Positions 20,837 through 32,456 of a stretch of 64,000 bases of DNA are shown piece by piece. Position 1 is the first letter of the stretch. Every line of letters starts with the position of its first letter. A model generated the notes under the pieces. The model ran no database searches and was not told where the DNA came from. It saw only the letters and a program-made list of their open reading frames with translations. This DNA is from Lingula anatina (lineage: Eukaryota > Animalia > Brachiopoda), in contig CM120649.1 of the NCBI GenBank assembly GCA_051362555.1, positions 2,542,001-2,606,000 of the forward strand, given 5' to 3'. The position numbers and the translations under genes are program-made.

Positions 20837-22684
20837 ATGGCATCAAAGAAGTTGTACGAGGAGTTCAGTGACAATTTTCTCACGTGTCACATCTGTCTTC
20901 ACGAGTACGATGACCCGCGTGTCCTCCCGTGCTATCACACTTTCTGCCTGGCTTGTCTTGCCCAGCACGTGGCAGCGAGTGGGACGGGAGGCAACATCAC
21001 GTGTCCAGTGTGTCGCCAGGAGACGCCTGTTCCACAAGGTGGGCTGGAGAAACTTGTCCGTAACTTCTTTTTGTCCAAGGTAAAGGAGTTCATGTTGACA
21101 ACAGAGAGTAAAAGCAAAATGTGCGGTAACTGTGACTCACAAGTTGCTCAATTTTACTGTCAAGATTGCAAACATTTTTTCTGTGAAAACTGTCGACAAA
21201 AACAGCATGACGCTATAAAATTTCTGCAGGGACACACAATGATTTCAGAGTCTGATCACGATAAGCAAGTCCAGGAAGAAATGGACGCTACGCTATTTTG
21301 TGATAAACACAAAGGACAACAGTTAACCTTTTATTGCACAGATGACAATGTTGTTGTGTGTCGTGATTGTATTCTCACCAAACACAACAAACACAACTGT
21401 GTAGACATTGCAGATGTAGCTGAAATCCACAAAGAAAAAATGAATAGTGCCGTTAATGATGTATCTAAGAACATTTCACTATTTGAAAATGCAGAGTCGG
21501 AAATATCTAAGCAACAGAAAGATACAACTGACGCCGTAAACAAAACGGTGGCCGACATGCAACATCATGAGGCGGATATTATAAAAGAGGTTCAGCGCAT
21601 TTCTGCTCGGTTGATAACAGAAGCAAAAGACCACGCCGCAACGCACATGAAGTTACTCGAGGCTGAGAAAGATCGCGTTCAACTACAGAAAGTATCCATC
21701 CACAGCACATGTGAGTTTGCCAAACAGCTTGTTCAACATGGCTCCCACACGGAGGTGATGACACACGCTAAAAATATCCAAGCAAGGATGAAAGAACTGA
21801 ACAATGTCAGACCCACCATACAGGTAAAAACAACAGAGATCACTTTCAGTAAAGGAAAACTTCCAGTGGACTTCTTTGGTCGTGTGAAGAATTTAGAATG
21901 GCTACATACCGCATCTCTGGTGGGTGAGTTTGAGAGCAGTGTGCAAAATGTTTGGGAGATATCGTGCAGTCAAAGTGGAACAATGTATTTAGTTTCTGAC
22001 TGGCCGGGTAGACTTATAGCAATATCACCATCTCATGAGGTGATATTCCAGGTTGATGTACCATATCCCAGTGGTGTCACCGTGCTCAGTGATGACAGAC
22101 TGGTGGTTACATGCCAAGATGTATGCCGAGTGTATTCTTCCTCCGGGAAACATGTCCAAACATTTGGTCAGGGTGACATGTCTGCGCCCAGGGGTGTTAC
22201 TGTGGACAACAATGGACACATACTTGTCTGTGATAAGACCAATAACTGTATCTGTGTGTATGACGCTGTGCAGTACAATCTTATCAATAAGATCAGTGTT
22301 CCTATGTGTGAAGATCCACGATACATTGCAGTGCTCCCATGTCGTGACACCATTGTGGTGAGTGACAGAGAGGGACACTGTGTATATGGAGTGACCCCCG
22401 AGGGTGATGTAGTGTTCCAATATGGTACACCAGGTGAGGGAGACTCAGATGATGGATACCTGGACTCCCCCTGGGGATTGTGTACAGACAGCGTGGGGCA
22501 CATCTTCATTGCTGACCAGTGGAATGACAGGGTGGTTGTTCTGACCTCAGATGGTGAACTGTTGAGATACGTGGTGGGTCCACAGCGGGTTTCAAAGCCA
22601 GCAGGTGTGGCCATTGATATTAAAGGACAGCTTGTAGTGGGGGAAGAAGAAGGCAAGGTGAAAACATTTCGCTATGTTTCTTAA
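20837..22684 (+). CDS. TRIM-NHL E3 ubiquitin ligase (RING, B-box1, B-box2, coiled coil, NHL repeats; no filamin domain), copy 1, 615 aa
   Basis: C3HC4 RING (CHIC..LPCYHTFCLAC..CPVC), two B-boxes, heptad-rich coil, and NHL repeats (PxGVTVD..G.I.VCD; PWGLCTDSVGHIFIAD). ATG chosen by alignment with the paralogs. Confidence 0.93.
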   Translation: MASKKLYEEFSDNFLTCHICLHEYDDPRVLPCYHTFCLACLAQHVAASGTGGNITCPVCRQETPVPQGGLEKLVRNFFLSKVKEFMLTTESKSKMCGNCDSQVAQFYCQDCKHFFCENCRQKQHDAIKFLQGHTMISESDHDKQVQEEMDATLFCDKHKGQQLTFYCTDDNVVVCRDCILTKHNKHNCVDIADVAEIHKEKMNSAVNDVSKNISLFENAESEISKQQKDTTDAVNKTVADMQHHEADIIKEVQRISARLITEAKDHAATHMKLLEAEKDRVQLQKVSIHSTCEFAKQLVQHGSHTEVMTHAKNIQARMKELNNVRPTIQVKTTEITFSKGKLPVDFFGRVKNLEWLHTASLVGEFESSVQNVWEISCSQSGTMYLVSDWPGRLIAISPSHEVIFQVDVPYPSGVTVLSDDRLVVTCQDVCRVYSSSGKHVQTFGQGDMSAPRGVTVDNNGHILVCDKTNNCICVYDAVQYNLINKISVPMCEDPRYIAVLPCRDTIVVSDREGHCVYGVTPEGDVVFQYGTPGEGDSDDGYLDSPWGLCTDSVGHIFIADQWNDRVVVLTSDGELLRYVVGPQRVSKPAGVAIDIKGQLVVGEEEGKVKTFRYVS

Positions 22685-23972
22685 CTACAATTTAAGTAAT
22701 ATGACAGACATTACCAAGCAACATCATTTTTACAACAAAAAGAGAGAAAAATTACAGCGAAACTTTGTGAACATACTTGTAGAACACATAATTATGGACA
22801 TTTTTGAAATTTTAACTGTTATATTGGAAGGTGATGGTTTAAAAACTATTAGTTATACGATAATGTAGAAGCGGGAAAGTAAAATTATTCATTGTGTACC
22901 TTAATTCTGTAAGCTAACCAATTTCATGTCGAGGTTCTAAAGTGACAACAAAACAAATTTAACTATTATTTTTTCACTCTTTTTTTTTTTTGCACTTTTA
23001 CAGTCAAGAAATACTACTGTATAATGAAGTTAAAATCTTTTATTTGAGCAATGACATAGTTTTATATGTTTCTAAAAAAAGGACACAGTACGAGAATTGC
23101 AAGTGATTTTACCTTCATTGAATCAAAGGTTCATGTAACAAGCTTCCACGATCTCTTGTATTCTTGTAAATAAATGCTTTTAAAAATATCGTCAGTAATA
23201 CCAGTATTTACCGTGAGACCAGCAGGAATATTGTGAGAGTAACATTATGCTTTTACCTCCATCTCGCCGCAATATCAGCATGAAGGCGGATACAAGTCAC
23301 CGTTACCACGTACGTCTCATACACTACACGTGGATCAGCTACTTGGACCTGAGGTCACAAACTCAACTCAAAAGTAAATGAGCAATATATTTTAATATTT
23401 TTATGATATACTTCTTTTCATGTACAAATATGTGAGTTTGGATATAAGTTGTAATTTGTTATCAGAAAAAGAAAAATGAATTGCTGACTGCCATTACATA
23501 ATACTATAAAGAATGTAGCGGGCGTGTGACTTGATTAATTTGATTGCACAGTTTGTGTTATTTATCTTTTTTTCTTTTTCATTTTTAATTCTTCTTCTCC
23601 ATCACCAGCTTTTCATCAAAAACATCACTAAAAATCAAATGTATTTCATCTTTGAATCTGCAATAAGCTCTAAAATGATTTTGAATATTAGTACACTCTG
23701 AAACCGCCTCGTCGTCAGAGTTACCGGTATAGATTTATTCCATGTTGTACTGTCACTGAAAGACGACAGCTACGCCATTGCGCATTTGTTCAACAGATAT
23801 GCCAACTTGTGGGAGTGGCCCGGTCGGACTGGCAGAATGGTCTGCGGTAACGTTTGATTGAAAACTGTTCAAGCAATTGGACTTTCAACAACAAGTGCTA
23901 AGATAAATTATAACAACATTTTAACAAGTTTCCTTTCGTAAGCAATTGACGGGAGTTGGCCGCCGAGTTTAT

Positions 23973-24180
23973 GTAATAGATAGACCCCGAGTCAGCGAGG
24001 GTTATGTGGCATACACGAGTGCGTAGCACGAGTGGATGTCACATAACCCCCGCTGACGAGGGGTCTATCTTATTTAGACCACGGTCCATGAACGGGTTAT
24101 AACGCATTCATGCAAGACGTGCGGTTATGCGAGTTACACCACGTCCGAGTCTTTTGTTCTTCATTTACACCGTGGTCTAA
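23973..24180. mobile_element. Small hairpin-rich insertion (non-autonomous element)
   Basis: ~95-nt stem-loop AGATAGACCCC...CACGAGTGCGTAGCACGAGTG...GGGGTCTATCT plus inverted repeat TTAGACCACGG/CCGTGGTCTAA; absent from paralogous sites (~1212, ~17020, ~42973). Confidence 0.6.
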
Positions 24181-24823
24181 TCCTCAATACATTTAGAGAG
24201 TGATATTGGAACGGTTTATTCGGTTGAAGGGGTGTTTTACGGTGAAATGATTTTTTTTTCTCTCGGTATATGCATGTCAAACACTACACTGCCGCCCTCT
24301 CAAGACATATGCCATGAATACCTAATTCACTGAGGCTCCAGATGTTCTGGGATACATCACTCGAGTGAAAGGGTATTGTCTTATATCTATCCCACACACA
24401 GACCGTGGCACCCGTGGCCGTCACACCCATCAGCGCACTGAGAACGCTACTGGACCACACCCTCTTGCTCTCTCTTTGTCAGTGAGGTACGTGACATAAT
24501 ATTAAAATAGTATATACTTTATTAATCATAAAGAACATTACAGGTGATACAGTACTGTGTTTGGTTAACTATGATTTTATGTTATAAATAACGCAATAAT
24601 GGAAAAGACCGACTGTCGTGAGTAACATATACATGTATGATCGGAGTCGAATTACTACTACTACCAGTTCTTTCATATTGTATTGAAATTGTGATGTGGA
24701 GCGTCGATGAAATCATGAAAATAATCTCTCTCCACCCCCCCACCCCCTCATTCCTTCTTACTCCGCTTCTTTTCCTCTCTCTCTCTCTCTCCCTCTATTA
24801 AATTCAATTTGCTGTAGTACGCC

Positions 24824-25037
24824 ATGAAGACTGCCTACGTTAGCTACGTTTTAACTATTGCCATTATGGCTGCCTGTTTGGAGTGTATTGGTACGTTCTT
24901 AGCCATTACAGGTCTGTTTCGGCGCGTTGAGTATTCCCCCACAGCTTTTTAACGGCGAGGATTACCTAGGTGATTACCGTGCTTTTGACGAAGCAGTTGA
25001 AGACGAACGTCTCATGGTGTTCTTAAAGCTGAACTGA
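24824..25037 (+). pseudogene. SH3BGRL pseudogene: signal exon joined out of frame to the 3' third of the SH3BGR exon
   Basis: Signal exon lacks its acceptor. After ~24925 the sequence reads SIPPQLFNGEDYLGDYRAFDEAVEDERLMVFLKLN-stop; the intron, acceptor and 5' part of the domain exon are deleted. Confidence 0.85.
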
Positions 25038-26999
25038 TTTATCTCGTGGTTAAAAATGAAGTTTTAAGACACTGTGAAGACGACAAGACACGCGAATGTA
25101 CATGTGTGTATAATGTACTTCAATAGCCATTTTGACGAAAACCCAAAACATGTTTGAAAAGAAGAAATGTCCGAGGCTGGTGGAGCTGATATGATTGTAC
25201 TATAGGGCTATAAACCGGTACATAATGCACAATAAAATGAATAATAATACATGTATAAATGAGGCGTTACTAAACTGTACAAACTATAACTCGCCTTTCA
25301 AAGCATGATACATATTCACTGTATTGCGGATTTTTAAAACGAAAACTACTCAGTATTTTTCACTCTTTCAAGAGAAGTATTATTTTGCAATCTAGGCTTA
25401 AATTCTTTATGCACCTGGCATTTGAATACACATTTCTACAAATAATGACGCGCGTGCGCAGTTAACCTGCTTCTACTGGTCGCGTGTGGTTTTGTACAGA
25501 TCAACGGAAGTGGGCGTGCACACACGACTACCATTCAGCGCGAGTCCCCTCGGATTTGGATCGATAGAGCGATAGTTTTATTTGGAATGAGCCCTTGTTT
25601 GATAGACTCAGCGCATCCTTTCATGTACAAAATACGCTAAACTATCGTATAACGCACGTGTTTTACAGTCTCGTAAGAACTGATAGTGTAAAGCGGGTAC
25701 CCTCTACCAGGGACACAGATTGATTTTTTGTTAGATATTCACAGATATGTCTCTGGATTATTCATATCACATTTTTACAAATGGACATTATTCATCTACG
25801 GCCCTGACAGAGGGTAAAGTGCAGGCCCACTATTCATGCAGCGTTGTCGGTCTGTTCAGTTTCTTTGCAGGTATTGTGTGAAAGGCGCATATTCTGCTGC
25901 CCTCGTTCACTTAACGCATTCTGTTGTCTAGGAGCCCCATTTTGAGCATAAACATAATGTGACGCCTTGTCTTATGATTAATACAAGATGCAGTCACTAG
26001 ATGGCGGTAACATCTCAGGTCATGTCTGGACTGATGTGACAAGAATGGTAGTCTACTAGGAACCGTAGTCCATACCCCATAATGCTAAGGACAATTCTTT
26101 CGGAACAGGAAAATTTTATACATGAAAATTATCACACACATGCTGAAATATTTCAGCTTGTGTTTGATAATTTTCATGTATGATCCAACTACCAAGCTAA
26201 TGAACATTTTTGCTCAGGAAAATTTTAGTTAACAGCTAGTGAATAGCCAGACACACCGTGTATCTAGTGTTCTGTTTAAATATCTGTGGACCTGGCGGAG
26301 GGTAGAAACCTTGGCGATAGAGGAAAAGTTACCCAAATTTCAAGGTCGGTAATTACCAATATTTCTTATTATTTTGTACCTTGAGCTTTTTATTTGATTT
26401 ATTTAATATTTACCTTATTTTTGTATTTGGTAATATAAAAGTTTTAAGCGCATTATGTGGTCTGAGCTCGGTCCTATTTTCTTTACACTATAAACTTTAC
26501 CCTTTTCATGATGAAAAACCAACTATTGAGACTTGTGTGTATGAATTCAGATTTTGGCTCCCGACAAACTACTTAGACACCATTACCATAGATTATCGTA
26601 TTTACTATGGCTCGATCTTTCTCCATGGGGATTCTCGATTAATCGTAATCAGCTAAGGCGGCTTAGATGTTCGTAACGCCTACTGAAACTGCCATGGGGA
26701 TATTAACTATCGTTTGGCAGCTTCAGTATGCGTGCCAGACATCTAAGCCGCTTAAGCTGAAAGAAATTTGGCAAGAAACCTCCGGACATGGATCGGACCT
26801 ATTTGATCGATCTTGGTATGGGAACCCAGTCAAACACCAAGTTTTCCAGAGACAGCACTACACAGTATCAGAGTTAAAGATATGTTATCACAACAAGCGT
26901 TAGAACCAGGGAGTAATTCTCAACAATAAATGTGACATATGACATCACACATTAACAAAGTATGTAAATCACCATATTTCAGTTGGCAACTAATGTCTA

Positions 27000-27155
27000 A
27001 GATTCTTCACCTTATTAACAGCAAGTAAACAGAGCTATTCATCCATGCATTTGTGGCTTCTAGACATGATTACTGCAACATCCTGTTGTTGTTCGGAATG
27101 CCTAACTATCAAATGGGGAAAAATCAGTCTATTCAAAATTCTGCAGCTCGTTTCT
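27000..27155 (+). mobile_element. L2/CR1-type LINE RT C-terminal fragment
   Basis: Degenerate TELFIHAFVASR.DYCN.LLFGMP...IQNSAAR; paralog at ~33825. Confidence 0.7.
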
Positions 27156-27669
27156 ACTGATAAGAAATATGTATATAAGACGTTCAGATTTAAAACTTGG
27201 GAGTTCAGATTGAGATACTGAGGGAGCCCGCTCTGGGGAGCTAGGAGACGGGAGCGAGTCATGGGTGATGGTTGAGAAGTTACAGACTTCACGTAAATGA
27301 TGTAGTTAAAGAGTGTCAACAAATAAACCATTTAACTGGTCATTATGTGTCCTTGGGTTTTCTTTGAGCGACTTTACGTAAAGCTGGCACGAACCATAGA
27401 ATCGCAGATTGCGTTCTGAGCCTATATAAAAGTTAAAATACCTAAAGTATACAAAAGGGTTTCATTACATATTTCTTATCAGTGTCGCAATATTTGGCGG
27501 TACATACTAATTTTCATTAATCAAATTGCACACGTCCACTTACGTTATATAATTACAGGTAAGCTCATAAAACGAGTCGAGTGCACAAGCAAGCGACTCC
27601 AATCAAATTAATTAACAAGTGTGGAGATTATATTGGTGAACGGTACAAAGCGATACTTTCGAGTTACGG

Positions 27670-28130
27670 GACCAGTTCTGCTATCTCTTGTAACAAGTGC
27701 CTCGTGGTGGGACGAGTGAGGTCTGTTCTCACGTACACCCAAGTCTACAGTTAGTGCAGACTTAAAGAACCATAGTTTGAAGGTATTTGGGAAGTTCCAA
27801 ATCCCCGTAAAATAACATGTTAGACATTGGTAGTGGCGGGCGGGTAAGGTAATAAGTGCTTAATCACTGACATTCTCTTGTCTTTGTTTTGAGCGGTAAA
27901 CAACATGTCCCTGAACAAAATGTTATCAGATAGTCTTCATAGAATAACTTCGCAGACAATCAGCGTCTGGGTTAATAAACTAGCCCAGTTCTGCTATCTC
28001 CTGTATCAAGAGCCTCGTGGTGGGGCGTACAGCTCAGGTGACTCCAGCTATCAGGACGAGTGAGGTGTGTTCCCCACGTTCACCCAAGTCTACAGTTAGT
28101 GCAGGTTTAAATGAGCCATCTAGAATGTGC
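27670..28130. repeat. ~340-bp tandem repeat upstream of TRIM copy 2
   Basis: Anchor GGACGAGTGAGGT at ~27710 and ~28054; same unit as in 37760-39150. Confidence 0.75.
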
Positions 28131-29268
28131 TCAGCATAAGAATATAAACAAAATTACAGTGATTGAAATTGAACTTGATAATTGGCTATTGCACTTGAAT
28201 GCAGTTATTTTCTCTTTTTCCTATTAGGAAATGAAATCGCAATATCCCCTGCAATCCATGAAACTGGGTTAGGGGATGTAATCAAAAGGGAAGTGAATGG
28301 TATTTTAGTTTATTTACAAAGTTACTTGAAAGATAAAAAAAATGCATATTACTTTGATGTTATATTGATTTATATGTCTGCAATATTTGGAGGCGGGAAA
28401 CAATCTTTAACTTGTTAATTATACAGGGAAGAAACCGAAAGTTAAAGAAATATAAATATGTATATGAACAGGTGACCTTTGTCAAACCATGACCGCGTGT
28501 TTGTCCGAGTGTTTGCGATTGTTACACACGTATAAAGATCTACAGTTGATAATAAAAACTACCGACACCGTGCTGAAACGGACAGGAGCACGTTGTCGGG
28601 GGAAGGGTTGTCTGAACTGCATGCTGAGCGCTAAAACAAAGAACTCAAACTGCTGCACTTGCCGATATCAATTACTATTGTCTCTTATCGTGTTTACCGG
28701 GTATACGTTATAGACACGTTAATATTTAATAAAATCAGGTGATTTTGTTACAGGTCATGGGTCCAAAGAGGGTGACAATAGGAGAATACGGATAATAATA
28801 AGTATTTAATCTACATCTGAAATTTATACTAGAAATCAAATTGATGCTGATACAATCACGGTGCATTGTATTCGCAAAATAAAACGTGCACGAGATGCTC
28901 GATGAAATAGGAACATTTGGTATAAATGTTTATCTCCTGTCTATAACCAAAAGAGTTGACTTAAATTTTACAAAATGTTAACTTTCTCATTTTTTTTACA
29001 TGTAAATGCAGGCCAATCTTGGAACAATGCCATTGTAAGGTGATTTAAGACTCTTCGGTGCGTCGGTCATCAAAGTGTAGGCGACCCTAGCAACCCTCAC
29101 CGATCCTTGCACAGATTTCATCACCCAGTCAGGTGGCCCTGTCCGATGTTGTTGTATATAACACAGACGCATTGTGAAACAATCCAGTCAAAGGCAGAGC
29201 CGCCATTAAGTGACGAGGCATAATTTACAACCTTTTGGCAGTGTGCGTCCCATATTAATCTTAGAGTC

Positions 29269-31116
29269 ATGGCATCAAAGAGGTTGAACGAAGTCTTCAG
29301 TGACAATTTTCTAACGTGTCACATATGTCTTCATGAATATGAAGACCCGCGTCTCCTCCCATGCTATCACACTTTCTGCCTGGCTTGTCTTGCCCAGCAC
29401 GTGGCGGCGAGTGGGACTGGAGGCAATATCACGTGTCCAGTGTGCCGCCAGGAGGCGCCTGTTCCACCAGGAGGGCTGGAGAAACTTGTCCGTAACTTCT
29501 TTTTGTCCAAAGTGAAGGACTTCATGTTGACAACAGAGAATAAAGACAAAATATGCGGTAACTGTCACTTACAAGTAGCTCAATTTTACTGTCAAGATTG
29601 CAAACATTTTTTCTGTGAGAACTGTCGACAAAAACAGCATGACACTATAAAATTTCTGCAGGGACACACAATGATTTCAGTGTGTGATCACGATAAACAA
29701 GTCCAGGAAGAAATGGACGCTACACCTCTTTGTAATAAACACATAGGACAACAGTTAACCTTTTATTGCACAGATGACGATGTTGTTGTGTGTCGCGACT
29801 GTATTCTCACCAAACACAACAAACACAACTGTGTAGACATTGCAGATGTAGCAGAAATTCAAAAAGAGAAAATAAATAATGCCATTAATGATGTTTCTAT
29901 GAACATTGCACTGTTTGAGAAAGCAGAGTCAGAAATATCTAAGCAACAGAAAGATACAAATGACCTCGTAAACCAAACGGTGGCCGACATACAACAACAG
30001 GAGGCGGATATTATAAAAGAGGTTCAGCGTATTTCTGCTCAGTTGATAGCAGAAGCAAAAGACCATGCCGCAACGTACATGAAGTCACTCGAGGCTGAGA
30101 AAGATCGCGTTCAATTACAGAAAGTGTCCATCCACAGCACATGTGAGTTTGCCAAACAGCTTGTTCAACATGGCTCCCACACGGAGGTGGTGACACACGC
30201 TAAAAATATCCAAGCAAGGATGAAAGAACTGAACAATGTCAGACCCACCGTTCAGGTAAAAACAACAGAGATCGCTTTCAGTAAAGAAAAACTTCCAGTG
30301 GACTTCTTTGGTCGTGTGAAGAAATTAGAATGGCTGGATGCTGCATATTTGGTGGGTGAGTTAGATAGCAGTATGAAAGATGTATGGGACATATCATGCA
30401 GCCAAAGTGGGACATTGTATTTAGTTTTTCCCATATCGGGTAAACTTAAAGCAATATCACCATCTCATGAGGTGCTATTTGAGGCTGAAGTTCCATATCC
30501 CAGGGGTGTCACCGTGCTCAGTAAGGACAGACTGGTGGTTTCATGTGATAATGGGTGCCGAGTGTATTCCTCCTCCGCGAAACATGTCCATACATTTGGT
30601 CAGGGTGACATGTCTGGTCCCCGGGGTGTTACAGTAGACAACAATGGACACATACTTGTCTGTGATAGGACCAATAAATGTATCTGTGTGTACGACGCTG
30701 TGCAGTACAGTCTTATCAATAAGATCAGTGTTCCTATGTGTGAAGATCCACGATACATTGCAGTGCTCCCATGTCGTGACATCATTGTGGTGAGTGACAG
30801 TGATGGACACTGTGTATATGGAGTGACCCCCCAGGGTGATGTAGTGTTCCAGTATGGTACACAAGGTGAGAGCGGCTCAGGTGATGGATACCTGAACTCC
30901 CCCAGTGGAGTGTGTACAGACAGCGTGGGGCACATCTTCATTGCTGACTATGAAAATAATAGGGTGGTTGTTCTGACCTCAGATGGTCATCTTTTAAGAT
31001 ACGTGGTGGGGCCACAACAGGTTTCATTGCCAATGGGTTTGACCATTGATAACAAAGGACAGCTTGTAGTAGGAAAGCTGGGAGGCAAGGTGAAAACATA
31101 TCGCTATGTTCATTAA
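29269..31116 (+). CDS. TRIM-NHL E3 ubiquitin ligase, copy 2, 615 aa
   Basis: Same domain architecture as copy 1 with an intact ORF; candidate acceptor CCTTGCACAG at 29114. Confidence 0.93.
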   Translation: MASKRLNEVFSDNFLTCHICLHEYEDPRLLPCYHTFCLACLAQHVAASGTGGNITCPVCRQEAPVPPGGLEKLVRNFFLSKVKDFMLTTENKDKICGNCHLQVAQFYCQDCKHFFCENCRQKQHDTIKFLQGHTMISVCDHDKQVQEEMDATPLCNKHIGQQLTFYCTDDDVVVCRDCILTKHNKHNCVDIADVAEIQKEKINNAINDVSMNIALFEKAESEISKQQKDTNDLVNQTVADIQQQEADIIKEVQRISAQLIAEAKDHAATYMKSLEAEKDRVQLQKVSIHSTCEFAKQLVQHGSHTEVVTHAKNIQARMKELNNVRPTVQVKTTEIAFSKEKLPVDFFGRVKKLEWLDAAYLVGELDSSMKDVWDISCSQSGTLYLVFPISGKLKAISPSHEVLFEAEVPYPRGVTVLSKDRLVVSCDNGCRVYSSSAKHVHTFGQGDMSGPRGVTVDNNGHILVCDRTNKCICVYDAVQYSLINKISVPMCEDPRYIAVLPCRDIIVVSDSDGHCVYGVTPQGDVVFQYGTQGESGSGDGYLNSPSGVCTDSVGHIFIADYENNRVVVLTSDGHLLRYVVGPQQVSLPMGLTIDNKGQLVVGKLGGKVKTYRYVH

Positions 31117-31491
31117 CTTCAAGTTAAGAAGTATATCAGACATTACCAGGCGACATCATTTTTACGACAAAAATAGAGAAGAATTACAGCAAAACTTTGT
31201 GAACATTACTTGTTGAAAACATAATTATGGACACCTTTTTAAATTACAACTGTTATATTGGAAGGTAATGATATTGGTTAGAAAAACTATTAGTTATACG
31301 ATAATGTAGGAGCGGGAAAGTTAAATAATTCATTATGCACGTTAAATCTATAAACTAACCAATTTCATGTCAAGGTTCAAAAATGACAACAAAACTAATT
31401 CAACTATTTTTTTACTCGTTTTCGCACTTTTACAGTCATGTTATACTGCTGTATAATGAAGTTACATTCTTTTTTTTTTAACAATGATATA

Positions 31492-31545
31492 CACTCTTGC
31501 CCAAAATGGTTGGTACACTGAATATTTTTGGATGCATATCGCCCC

Positions 31546-31576
<31 letters not shown>

Positions 31577-32456
31577 AGAGTACTCCTCCAGCTATTGTTT
31601 CCTGAATATTTTCAGTTAATAGCCTCTCCCCGGGGAGCCTACGCACTCTCATAGCTGGAGAGGAGTTGGTTCTGTACATGTTTGGGGTGTCACTTGCAGC
31701 AACGGTATTTGCCCATTGCTTACTCTGGACGAAAACCTTAACGCTGCCAGATACAGAGACATTCTCCAGCAGAACCTGGAGCCGTTCGAAAAAGAGATAT
31801 ACAGAGACAATTTTAGATAGCAAGATGACAACCCAACTCCCCACACAGCCCGCTTAATTGCAGACTATATCCGACAAAACAACATTCAGCTGATGCCACA
31901 GCCAGCAAGAAGCCCAGATGCAAACCCAATTGAGCAAATGTGGGACGAACTTGTTCGTGCTATTCAGAGGAGAAACCCTCCCCCTACAAATCTAGATGAA
32001 CTGCAAAATGCCCTTCAAGATGAATGGACCAGAATTCCTTTCCAAAAAGCTGTAACTCTAGTTCACAGTATGCCACGCCCTCTGGCGGCCATTATCCAAG
32101 CTCGGGGTGGGCATACCCGCTATTTAGATTAATAATGAACTCTGAAGATGTATCTTGACAATTTCCCCTAATTTCATATTAATTGTCAATCAAAGTATAA
32201 ATTTATGTTTAATTTTTCACTTGGTACTGTTATGTAAAAAAGTACTCTTTTGGGGGGCATGAGAAAGAAAAAACTAAATAAATTAACGCTTTTTTTCATA
32301 TTTGCATTGTTTGTTTTTCCTTGACTCTACCAATCCTCCAGCTTCACATATTTAACAATATAAACGGTATTAATTTGATAATATCAATGATAATGAAAGA
32401 AACAGGGCGATATGCATCCCAAAATTTCCGTGTACCAACCATTTTGGGAAAGAGTG
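31492..32456 (+). mobile_element. Internally deleted Tc1-family transposon in the 3' UTR region of TRIM copy 2
   Basis: ~50-bp TIRs CACTCTT..CCAAAATGGTTGGTACAC, TA TSD on both sides, and transposase C-terminus (QDDN..PH; SPDANPIEQMW; SMPR..AII.ARGGHTRY). Confidence 0.9.

Noticed and set aside
20638-20839. In-frame signal peptide or SH3BGRL fusion to the TRIM protein
   Set aside because: Two stops follow (TAG 20647, TAA 20653) and the 199-nt offset to the TRIM ATG is out of frame.
20843-22656. Recurrent antisense and alternate-frame ORFs over the TRIM genes
   Set aside because: They recur only because the host CDS is duplicated, vary in length between copies, and show no recognisable domain.
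21930-22684. Diversity-generating retroelement as the source of NHL variation
   Set aside because: No template repeat, no DGR-type RT, and the changes are not adenine-specific; the RTs present belong to BEL, L2 and Penelope elements.
26035-27400. Possible LTR remnant followed by a TGG PBS-like motif (~27385)
   Set aside because: No second LTR, TSD or coding remnant could be identified.
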